This document shows positions 1-8,566 of a stretch of 64,000 nucleotides of DNA, piece by piece. A program made the translations under genes and the position numbers. How positions within the stretch are numbered: position 1 is the stretch's first letter; every line of letters starts with the position of its first letter. The notes below the pieces were generated by a model, which saw nothing but the letters and a program-made list of their open reading frames with translations, did no database searches and was not told the origin of the DNA. This DNA is from Thermotogota bacterium (GTDB taxonomy: Bacteria > Thermotogota > Thermotogae > Petrotogales > Petrotogaceae): NCBI GenBank assembly GCA_051748045.1, contig JBNJGY010000004.1, positions 1 to 64,000 on the forward strand, read 5' to 3'.

Positions 1-219
1 AATAAAGAATCCTAGGACGTCTGTAACTGCCCCGATAACTCCTCCAGCTAAAGGACCAAGTATAATACCGCCAAAAATCGCTGGGAATCCTCCAAAACCT
101 ATTCTGACTCCTTCAATGCTACCAATAGCAAATCTAAGACTCAAAAATCTTGTCAAAACTATTCCAAGTGCAACTAAAAGAGCCATCAAAACCATTCTTC
201 TGGTTAGATTTATCTTCAT
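1..219 (-). CDS. folT: Folate ECF transporter S component (5' part; runs off the window)
   Basis: Not in the ORF track. Manual translation gives MKINLTRRMVLMALLVALGIVLTRFLSLRFAIGSIEGVRIGFGGFPAIFGGIILGPLAGGVIGAVTDVLGFFI. GGAGGTGA SD upstream and a THF riboswitch in the leader. Confidence 0.9.
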   Translation of the reverse strand, partial: MKINLTRRMVLMALLVALGIVLTRFLSLRFAIGSIEGVRIGFGGFPAIFGGIILGPLAGGVIGAVTDVLGFFI

Positions 220-282
220 AGCTTCACCTCCTTTTCTTTGGATTATGGCAGAACCTCACCAAAGAAAAGAAGTTTATCTTTG

Positions 283-392
283 GTGACAGCGGACGCAATG
301 TCAAACCGCATCCTTTTTTTTAAAAAGGAGTTTCGTCCCAAGGCGACGTCCCATCCTTGAGCACTATTTACGCTTGACATCTACTCTGCCAC
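283..392 (-). ncRNA. THF (tetrahydrofolate) riboswitch aptamer
   Basis: Minus strand GGCAGAGUAGAUGUCAAGCGU...GGGACGUCGCC...ACGAA...GCGGUUUGACAUUGCGUCCGCUGUC matches the THF riboswitch consensus. P1 is GUGGCAG/CUGUCAC. Lies upstream of folT. Confidence 0.93.
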
Positions 393-401
393 TTGATATA
401 T

Positions 402-410
402 ATTGTAACA
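402..410 (-). promoter_or_regulatory. Extended -10 promoter (TGnTACAAT) for the folT leader
   Basis: TGTTACAAT on the minus strand about 10 nt upstream of the aptamer start. Confidence 0.5.
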
Positions 411-457
411 TAAATTGTTTTAAACATATGCTAAGAAAATATTAAGTATATCTTTAG

Positions 458-2572
458 TTATTCTGGTTTTGTTGCTGGATTTAGTATTTCTATTTTTTCT
501 GTATCTCTTTTTGATTTTAAGAGTCTCTCATACCTTTCAACAAAATATTCTTGAGAATCTACCCGTTTTTTACCTCTTCTATCAACTCTTCTATAGGTTC
601 CATCTGCTTCTAATTTTCTTGCTTTTTCAGTATCAGATAAAATTATATCCAAAATTTTTTTAGTTTCTTTTTGTAAGATTTTATCTTCAATAGGATAGAG
701 AGTTTCAATACGCCTTTCTAAATTCCTTGGCATTAAATCCGCTGATGACATATATATTTTTGGATTTTCACCATTTGAAAAATAGTAAATTCTGCTATGT
801 TCTAAAAATTTTCCTACTATACTTCTAACAGTGATATTTTCACTAACCCCTTTTATGCCAGGTTTTAACGCACAAATCCCTCTTACTATAAGATCAATTT
901 TAACCCCAGCATTAGAAGCTTTATACATTTCTTTTATAACTTCTCTGTCCAATAAAGAATTTACTTTTATTATAATATGACCTTTTTTACTTTCTTTGCT
1001 AATCTCAATTTCATTTTTAATCATATTTATTATATGCGGTTTTAAAGATACTGGGGCAACAGCTATTTTTTTCCAATCTGGTGGTTGTGAGTATCCAGTT
1101 AATACATTAAAAAGAGCTGATGCATCACTACAATAAGATTCTTTTGAAGTCATGAATCCTATGTCTGTGTACAATTTCGCTGTCTTATCATTATAATTAC
1201 CCGTTGACATGTGTACGTATTTTTTGATTCCATCACTTTCTTTTCTTACAACAAGCAAAACTTTACAGTGAGTTTTTAAACCAACAAGACCATAAACAAC
1301 ATAAACTCCAGCTTTTTCTAGTTTCTTTGCCCATTGTATGTTGTTTTCTTCATCGAATCTAGCCTTTAACTCAACTAAAACTGTAACCTGTTTTCCATTT
1401 TCTGCAGCTTTTATTAAGTTATTTACTACTGATGAATCTCCACTTACTCTGTAAAGTGTTTGTTTAATTGCTAATACATTAGGGTCTTCAGCAGCTTTAG
1501 ATAAAAAATTCTCTACATGATCAAAAGTTTCAAAAGGATGATGTAATAATATATCTTTTTCTTTTAAGACTTCAAAAATTTCTTTATCGTCATATAAAAG
1601 ATGAGATTTTACAGGTTTGAAAGATTCATATTTCAAATTTTCAAACCCCTCCATTGTGGAAATATTCATCCAAGCGGATAAATCAATTGGTCCGCTAACA
1701 TAGAAAATATCTTCTTCTTTTAAATCCAACATTGATAAAAGAAATGATTTTATCTCTTCAGAAGCCCTTTTATCCAATTCTAATCTTACAGGAACTCCCC
1801 ATTGGCGTTGTCTTAGAGAGCTCTCAATTTCATGCAATAAATCTTCAACATCTTCCTCATCTATACTCAAATCAGCGTTTCTAGTTATTCTGAAAGGGTA
1901 CATCTCTATAATTTCATAACCTTTAAAAAGCCTATCCGCAAACATCTGTATAACTTTCTCAAGGATAATAATATTCTTTTTCTCTTCTTCTGAGGGTAAT
2001 TCTATAAATCTTGGTAAAACAGAAGGTACTTGTAAAAATGCATAATATTCTAAGCCATTTTCATCTTTTAGTCTTACTGCCTGATTTATACTTTTATTTG
2101 GTAATAACGGGAATGGTCTGCTTTGATCAACAGCCATAGGGGTTATAACAGGATAAATTGTAGATTTAAAATATTTTTTTAAAAACTTTTTTTCATTTTT
2201 ATCCAAATCGCTTATATCTTTAAGAATAATATTATTTGATTTCATCTGAGGTATTAAAGCCCTCATAAGACATTTATACTGTTTTTCTACCATTATATGA
2301 GTTTTTTGTGATATTTTCTTTAACTGCTCTGAAGGGGTTAACCCTGATAAATCTTTCTTTGTATACTCTGCTTTTACCTGCTCTTTTAATCCTGCAACAC
2401 GAATCATATAAAATTCATCTAGATTAGAGCCCGTTATTGACAAAAATTTCAGTCTCTCCAATAAAGGATTATCCCTTCTAAGTGCTTCTTCAAGTACTCT
2501 ATTATTAAATTCTAACCAAGATAATTCTCTATTTGTATAATATTTATAACTATCTAAATTTTTTTCTTTCAT
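458..2572 (-). CDS. ppk1: Polyphosphate kinase 1
   Basis: NRELSWLEFN, ELKARFDEENNI, KTHCK (phospho-His), STGNYN, LEHSRI and SSADLMPRNL motifs. Confidence 0.97.
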   Translation of the reverse strand: MKEKNLDSYKYYTNRELSWLEFNNRVLEEALRRDNPLLERLKFLSITGSNLDEFYMIRVAGLKEQVKAEYTKKDLSGLTPSEQLKKISQKTHIMVEKQYKCLMRALIPQMKSNNIILKDISDLDKNEKKFLKKYFKSTIYPVITPMAVDQSRPFPLLPNKSINQAVRLKDENGLEYYAFLQVPSVLPRFIELPSEEEKKNIIILEKVIQMFADRLFKGYEIIEMYPFRITRNADLSIDEEDVEDLLHEIESSLRQRQWGVPVRLELDKRASEEIKSFLLSMLDLKEEDIFYVSGPIDLSAWMNISTMEGFENLKYESFKPVKSHLLYDDKEIFEVLKEKDILLHHPFETFDHVENFLSKAAEDPNVLAIKQTLYRVSGDSSVVNNLIKAAENGKQVTVLVELKARFDEENNIQWAKKLEKAGVYVVYGLVGLKTHCKVLLVVRKESDGIKKYVHMSTGNYNDKTAKLYTDIGFMTSKESYCSDASALFNVLTGYSQPPDWKKIAVAPVSLKPHIINMIKNEIEISKESKKGHIIIKVNSLLDREVIKEMYKASNAGVKIDLIVRGICALKPGIKGVSENITVRSIVGKFLEHSRIYYFSNGENPKIYMSSADLMPRNLERRIETLYPIEDKILQKETKKILDIILSDTEKARKLEADGTYRRVDRRGKKRVDSQEYFVERYERLLKSKRDTEKIEILNPATKPE

Positions 2573-4107
2573 AATTTCACCTTCTTAAATACCGGTTTAA
2601 TTCCAAAAACTTCTTCAAAGAATTCTGACTTCTTTTTGAAACTCCATTCTTCTAACATTAATTCATAATAAGACTCAACTTTTACAGTCAAAAATTCTTT
2701 CCTTAATTTTATGTCAACTTTTTCGTATTTGTTTTTATGCCCTCTATCTAGTGAATCAGCTATACGTAATATGGCTAACATTTTTGCTACTTTGAATCTA
2801 TCTTTAAGTGATAATTTTTCTAAATGAAAATTATCTATTTTAAGAGTTTGTCTACTGTGCAGTCTAACTATATTAGCAACAATTTCAATTTCTTTGTTGG
2901 ATAAACCTACAATATCAGAGTTTTTCACAATATTGTATGAGTTTTTTGCGTGGTTATTTATATTTATGTATTTCCCTACATCATGTAATATACCAGCCAC
3001 TCTCAAAAGCATTTTTTCTCTTTGACTGAGCTTATGATATTTTTTCATTTCATCAAATATCAAAATACAAAATTTTTCTATATTCTTTGCATGTTCATAA
3101 TCATAAAGGAATTTTGAACCTATATATTTCGCATTTTCTATGCTAAATGATTCATAATTAGCTATTAGTTCTTGATTAAGATCAGAAAATAATCTTTCAT
3201 ACAATATACTATCAGATAAATTAGATTTATGAATGATGACATCTTTTATATTGAAAAGCCTTAACAGCATCCTATACAATCCCATAGAAGGAATAAGTGC
3301 TTCGGATTTTATTTCATTTAAATTAAATTTTGAACTTATTTGATTGACTGTTTTTCCTTTAATTGAATCGTAGAAATCTTCAAAATCTTTGAAAGATAAC
3401 ATTTTTTCTCCACTATCATTCTTTCTATTCGCGTTTTCAGTATTGTAAATCAGCTCAACTTCTCTTCCTGCTGCTATGAAATAATCAATCTTTCCAACAG
3501 GCATTTGACTTCTTAAAGCATCTGTAAATGTACTAAGGTAATCCTCAATTACTGAATAAAATTCTTCTGTTTTATCTTGTAAGTGACTTAATATTTCAGC
3601 AATTTTTAAAGAACCAATTTTTATATTTTGAGTATAAATAATTTTATTTTCAGAGTAATAAGCTATACCTAAAGATCCAGTCCCTATATAGGCAATGAAT
3701 ATATTTTTGTTTTTATATTTTTTATCAGATCGTAAATGCCTTATTATATCTCTAAAAATATATGATTTTTCATCTGAATCATCCAATATCCAAACTCTTA
3801 TTCCAGTTTTTGTTTGTATTTGATCTATAATAAAATAAGAGTTACTGGCTTCCCTTAATGCTGTTGTTCCAGTTGCAAACACATCTTTTATTTGATAATC
3901 TTTGATTATCTTTTTAAACCCAGATATAATCTCATATGCTTGTTCTACTTTTTGAAAACTTATATAGCCATCGGTAAAAGTATCTTTACCCATACTCAGT
4001 GGATATTCAAGTTTTTCTAATATTTTTATTTCCTCGTTTTGTCTTTCAGCTATAGTTAAATATAAACTATCTGAGCCAACATTTATAACAGCAGAAATTT
4101 TCGTCAT
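2569..4107 (-). CDS. ppx: Ppx/GppA-family protein with C-terminal HD domain (catalytic motifs degenerate)
   Basis: ASKHA-type N-terminus (NVGSDS, TTALREASN) and HD domain (LHDVGK, IADSLD). Overlaps the ppk1 start by 4 nt. Confidence 0.85.
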   Translation of the reverse strand: MTKISAVINVGSDSLYLTIAERQNEEIKILEKLEYPLSMGKDTFTDGYISFQKVEQAYEIISGFKKIIKDYQIKDVFATGTTALREASNSYFIIDQIQTKTGIRVWILDDSDEKSYIFRDIIRHLRSDKKYKNKNIFIAYIGTGSLGIAYYSENKIIYTQNIKIGSLKIAEILSHLQDKTEEFYSVIEDYLSTFTDALRSQMPVGKIDYFIAAGREVELIYNTENANRKNDSGEKMLSFKDFEDFYDSIKGKTVNQISSKFNLNEIKSEALIPSMGLYRMLLRLFNIKDVIIHKSNLSDSILYERLFSDLNQELIANYESFSIENAKYIGSKFLYDYEHAKNIEKFCILIFDEMKKYHKLSQREKMLLRVAGILHDVGKYININNHAKNSYNIVKNSDIVGLSNKEIEIVANIVRLHSRQTLKIDNFHLEKLSLKDRFKVAKMLAILRIADSLDRGHKNKYEKVDIKLRKEFLTVKVESYYELMLEEWSFKKKSEFFEEVFGIKPVFKKVKL

Positions 4108-5054
4108 TATTTCACCTCTTCAAGACCATCTTCTATTAAGCCAAGAGCACCATATATACAAGCATCGTCTCCTAAAGTAGCTATTTTAAACTCTGTTTTT
4201 TTGAAGATTTGTGGTATAGAAAAATGTTCTGAAACTCTTATTATTTCTGGTAGTAATTCTTCTCCCATTGATTCCATAATACCTCCACCAAAAATTATTA
4301 CTTCTGGATTTAGAATATTCATAATACTCCCTGTGGCTACTCCGAGATTATATATTGTATTTTCAACAATATGTAAAGTAACATCATCTTTTTCATCATA
4401 AGCTTCTTTTAAAGCTGATGATCTTATTATATTCTTATCTTCTAAATGATCTTTCATTGAAGTTTCAAATCCTTTTTTTATACTATTTTCATAATCTCTA
4501 TGCATAGATGTTTTAGAAGCAACAGCTTCAACACATCCACGAGAACCACACCCACAATAAGGTCCATGAGCATTAACTGTCATATGACCAAATTCTCCAG
4601 CTCCACCAATTGATCCTGTATACATTTTACCGTTTATAATTATTCCTCCACCAACACCTGTTCCAACAAAAAATCCAGCGACATTTTTATATCCTTTTGC
4701 TGAACCATGTTTAAACTCTCCATATAGAGCTACGTTAGCGTCATTACCCACAAAAATTGGCACTTGGTATTTTTCTTTTAAAAATTTTTCTATTTCAAAT
4801 CCTGTTAAAGGTAAATTCGGAGTAAATTCCACAACACCTTCTCTTACAAAACCAGGAATACCGAGACCAATTGCTATTATGTCATTTTCTTCAGCCAATT
4901 CGTCTATAACTTTACATATTTTTTCTTGTACTTTATCAAATCCTTTGTGAGCTTTTGTTGATTTTTTCTCCCTTTTTATAATTTCTTTGTTTTCATCAAA
5001 TAAAACTCCTAATATTTTTGTTCCACCTATGTCCAATGCAATATATCCTTTCAT
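4107..5054 (-). CDS. ROK-family sugar kinase (glucokinase-like)
   Basis: DIGGTK, NDAN, GTGVGGG, GEFGH and CGCGSRGCVE motifs; no HTH. Start moved to ATG 5054 after a GAGGTGA SD. Confidence 0.9.
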   Translation of the reverse strand: MKGYIALDIGGTKILGVLFDENKEIIKREKKSTKAHKGFDKVQEKICKVIDELAEENDIIAIGLGIPGFVREGVVEFTPNLPLTGFEIEKFLKEKYQVPIFVGNDANVALYGEFKHGSAKGYKNVAGFFVGTGVGGGIIINGKMYTGSIGGAGEFGHMTVNAHGPYCGCGSRGCVEAVASKTSMHRDYENSIKKGFETSMKDHLEDKNIIRSSALKEAYDEKDDVTLHIVENTIYNLGVATGSIMNILNPEVIIFGGGIMESMGEELLPEIIRVSEHFSIPQIFKKTEFKIATLGDDACIYGALGLIEDGLEEVK

Positions 5055-5123
5055 TTTTATCACCTCATTAGTATTTTTAATTTTGTTTAAAAAATATTAT
5101 AATTGTATTAGGGGGGTTTTTTA

Positions 5124-5864
5124 ATGTTTGCAGCAATTAGTGATATACATGGATGTTCTAATAAATTATACAGGATTTTAAATAACCTGTCTAAAAAGAA
5201 ACCTAAAAAAACAGTTTTTTGTGGTGATTATATCGATAGAGGTCCTAATAGTAAAAAGGTTATAGACATGATGTTGGATTATTCAAAAAACCATGATTCT
5301 ATATTCCTTTTGGGAAATCATGATGATTTTTTTAAAAATTTTGTTTTTAAAGAAAAAAGATATTCACCTGGTGTGTGGAATACTCAAGGGGGAAAAGAAA
5401 CAATTAAATCTTTCACAGGAAGATATTATCCTAATGTTGAAAATTCAGAAAAATATATAGATCTGCTAGAAGACAAGTATTTGAATTTTTTTAGATCTCT
5501 AAATAAATTATACCATGTTGAAGACAACCATATATTTGTTCACGCTGGATTAAGAGATTTTTCACTTCCTTTAGATAAACAAAATACTTATAGACCTGAA
5601 ATCAATTATTCTTATATTTGGGTTAGAGATGAATTTTTTAACCAAAAAGAACCTTTTGACGAAAAGGTTATTGTTCATGGACATACACCTGTTTTTATTT
5701 TAAATAGATTTGGGATAACCCCTGAAAAAGAGAATGTACCATTTTTTAGATATTCAAGAGATAATAAATTGATTTCTATAGATATTGATACTGGTGCTTG
5801 TTATGGAGAAAAACTTTCTTGTTTACTCATTGAAAACAATGAATATAATTATCTATCTGAATAG
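5124..5864 (+). CDS. PPP-family metallophosphoesterase (PrpA/ApaH-like)
   Basis: DIHG, GDYIDRG, GNHD, HAG, HGHTP and IDTG motifs. Confidence 0.9.
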   Translation: MFAAISDIHGCSNKLYRILNNLSKKKPKKTVFCGDYIDRGPNSKKVIDMMLDYSKNHDSIFLLGNHDDFFKNFVFKEKRYSPGVWNTQGGKETIKSFTGRYYPNVENSEKYIDLLEDKYLNFFRSLNKLYHVEDNHIFVHAGLRDFSLPLDKQNTYRPEINYSYIWVRDEFFNQKEPFDEKVIVHGHTPVFILNRFGITPEKENVPFFRYSRDNKLISIDIDTGACYGEKLSCLLIENNEYNYLSE

Positions 5865-5866
5865 AT

Positions 5867-5900
5867 AAAAAAATAGCAGCCTCAGCTGCTATTTTATTTT
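5867..5900. terminator. Bidirectional intrinsic terminator
   Basis: aaaatagcagc-ctca-gctgctatttt between convergent genes. Confidence 0.85.
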
Positions 5901-7047
5901 AATATACTTTTTTACCTTCAATATAAACTTGTTCAACAATTGATTTGTATTCAAAAGGATATCCAGACCATACTACTAAATCTGCATCTTTTCCTTTTTC
6001 AATAGAACCGATTTTATCTTCTAATTTTAAAATTTTTGCTGGGTTAATAGTCAACATTTTCAATAAATTTTCTTCTGTCGCACCATATCTTAATGCATTA
6101 CCAGCTTGAATTATAGTGTCTTCTAAATGAATTACAGGATGATCACACATTAAAGCTGCAGTTACTCCTGCGTTATTTATAATAGGTATAGCTTCAAAAG
6201 TTTTATCTTTTAACTCTAGCTTTGTTCTAAACCCAAGCAACGGTCCAACTACAACTGGAATATTATTTTCTTTTAAAAAGTCTGCAATTTTATAACCTTC
6301 TGTTCCATGTTCGATTACCAAATCAAAATCAAATTCTTTTGATATTCTAACTGCAGTAATAATATCATCTTTTCTATGAGCGTGTATTCTTGCAGGAATT
6401 TCTTTTTTAAGAACTTTTTCACCAATTTCCATCTTTATGTCTGTTTTAGTGAACTCTTTTCCTTCATCTATTTTATTTTTCTTTTCTGCCATATAATCTT
6501 TTACTTTATAAAAATAATCTCTTATTACTGCTGCTGTTCCCAATCTTGTTGCTGGCATTTTACTTTTTGCACTATAAACTCTTTTTGGATTTTCTCCTAA
6601 TGCCATTTTTAGCCCTGCTGGTTCTCTAATAACCATTTCATCTGGTAGTAAAGACCTAAATTTAAGTATTAAACCTTGTCCACCTATAGGATTTGCTGAA
6701 CCTGGAACAACCATAGCTGTTGTTACACCACCAAATAATGCTCTTTTTATTGCAACATCATCTGGATTAAATGCATCTAAAACTCTAACTTGAGCTGTGT
6801 TAGGATCTATCATTTCATTTCCGTCTTGATAATCTCCTCCAACTCCTTCTTCAAATATTCCAATATGAGAATGAGCGTCAATAAACCCTGGTAATAAATA
6901 TTTTCCTTTCAAATCAATTACTTCTGCATCACTTGAAGACAAATCTTTTCCTATTTCAATGATTTTATCGTTTTCAATTAAAACATCGCCTTCAAAATTT
7001 TCACTTGTTATTGGTACTATATTTGCATTTTTAAAAAGCTTCTTCAT
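5899..7047 (-). CDS. Amidohydrolase-family protein
   Basis: PGFIDAHSH, KMALGENPK, HAHR, DHP and GKDADLVVW motifs. Start at ATG 7047 after GGAGG. Confidence 0.9.
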   Translation of the reverse strand: MKKLFKNANIVPITSENFEGDVLIENDKIIEIGKDLSSSDAEVIDLKGKYLLPGFIDAHSHIGIFEEGVGGDYQDGNEMIDPNTAQVRVLDAFNPDDVAIKRALFGGVTTAMVVPGSANPIGGQGLILKFRSLLPDEMVIREPAGLKMALGENPKRVYSAKSKMPATRLGTAAVIRDYFYKVKDYMAEKKNKIDEGKEFTKTDIKMEIGEKVLKKEIPARIHAHRKDDIITAVRISKEFDFDLVIEHGTEGYKIADFLKENNIPVVVGPLLGFRTKLELKDKTFEAIPIINNAGVTAALMCDHPVIHLEDTIIQAGNALRYGATEENLLKMLTINPAKILKLEDKIGSIEKGKDADLVVWSGYPFEYKSIVEQVYIEGKKVY

Positions 7048-7105
7048 ACCACACCTCCAAAAAATATTCATTTCAATTATACTATATTTAGTTTGTTATA
7101 CAAAC

Positions 7106-8272
7106 TTAATTTTCTAGGTTTATTTTATTTGAAGGATATTGATAGACTCTTAAATCAAAAAATGGGATTATTGAATAAATATATTGAAAAATTTCATTTT
7201 GTACCCCTTCGTAATTCACCCAGCTTTTTTCTTTAGAAAACGCATATACCTCCATAGGAAGACCTTTACCTTCATTTTGAAGATATCTCACCATCATGAT
7301 CATTTTTTCGTTAATATCCCTATGATTTTTAATATAGTATTCTACATATTCTCTTAATAAAGCTATATTAGTATATTCGTTTAAATTTTTATCTTTTATG
7401 AAGTCTTCATAACCTGAAATGTTAGAAATATTATTTTTTATATTTTCATCTATTTTTTTTATATAGTTCACATCTAAATTGATGTGTTTTTTAATTCTTC
7501 TTCCTCCAGAATTTTCCATACCTTTCCAATTAATAAATGATTCACTAATAAAAGCCCAAGTAGGAATGTAAGAAAAGGTATTATCCCAGTTTTGAACTTT
7601 AACAGTGTTTAAATTCATTTCTTTTATAACTCCATCTGCTTCATAGTTACTGAAAGATATCCAATCACCTTTTTTTATCATATGATTTGCTGATATTTGT
7701 ACATGCGCTGTTAAAGACAACAATGTATCTTTAAAAATTATCATTAGTACTGCTGCAATGGCACCTATACCACTTAGAAGTCCTATAAAAGATCTATCTA
7801 TTAATACACCTGTTATTATTATTGCTCCTACTGAAAACAATAAAACCTGTATCAGTTGAATAAACCCTTTAACAGGTTTGTATTTACTTCTTGTATTGGT
7901 TTCAAATATTTCTGTTATACTTCTTAAAACAGAGTTGATAGCCATGATTATTGCATAAGTTATATAGATATAAGATAATTTTTGAAAAACAAAAGCATAG
8001 TCTAAAAAAGAATTTGAAAAACCCCATATTACTAATGCTGGTGTTATGTGAGTTAACCAATGGAATACACCTTTTTCAAAAAATATATTGTCAATATCTG
8101 TTTTTGTTCGAAAAACAACTTGTCTTATTATTTTTATAAAAATATATTTAACAAAATAATAAACAACTAATGAAGAAATAACCATGATTATAAATATAAT
8201 CAAATTTGACATAAAATCAGATATTTCGCTGTTAAAATTCTCAATGAAAAAATCGTATATAAAATCTCGCAT
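7106..8272 (-). CDS. MscS-family mechanosensitive channel (YbdG-like)
   Basis: Several TM helices, then GDWI, TVKVQNWDNT and NWKGMENSGGRRIK. Confidence 0.88.
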   Translation of the reverse strand: MRDFIYDFFIENFNSEISDFMSNLIIFIIMVISSLVVYYFVKYIFIKIIRQVVFRTKTDIDNIFFEKGVFHWLTHITPALVIWGFSNSFLDYAFVFQKLSYIYITYAIIMAINSVLRSITEIFETNTRSKYKPVKGFIQLIQVLLFSVGAIIITGVLIDRSFIGLLSGIGAIAAVLMIIFKDTLLSLTAHVQISANHMIKKGDWISFSNYEADGVIKEMNLNTVKVQNWDNTFSYIPTWAFISESFINWKGMENSGGRRIKKHINLDVNYIKKIDENIKNNISNISGYEDFIKDKNLNEYTNIALLREYVEYYIKNHRDINEKMIMMVRYLQNEGKGLPMEVYAFSKEKSWVNYEGVQNEIFQYIYSIIPFFDLRVYQYPSNKINLEN

Positions 8273-8566
8273 TTTCTTTATCTCCCCCTTTTTTTAAATT
8301 ATAACATTCTTTGCCATTTGTTATTTATAAACCTAATTTTTGACGAAAAACAAGATTTTTATTTATAAAAAATATATGCTAAAATATATGTATAAAAATG
8401 AGTGGTGATTCACCATGTTTTTTGATTTATTTTTCACATTATTTTAATAACTTAATAATTAATTTATAGATTTTTATCTATATATATATTATAATTAAAC
8501 TGCAAAGAAATCAAGAAAACAATAGATTTTTTTAAATAAATGAAGATATTTTAAGGAGGTTTCAAA

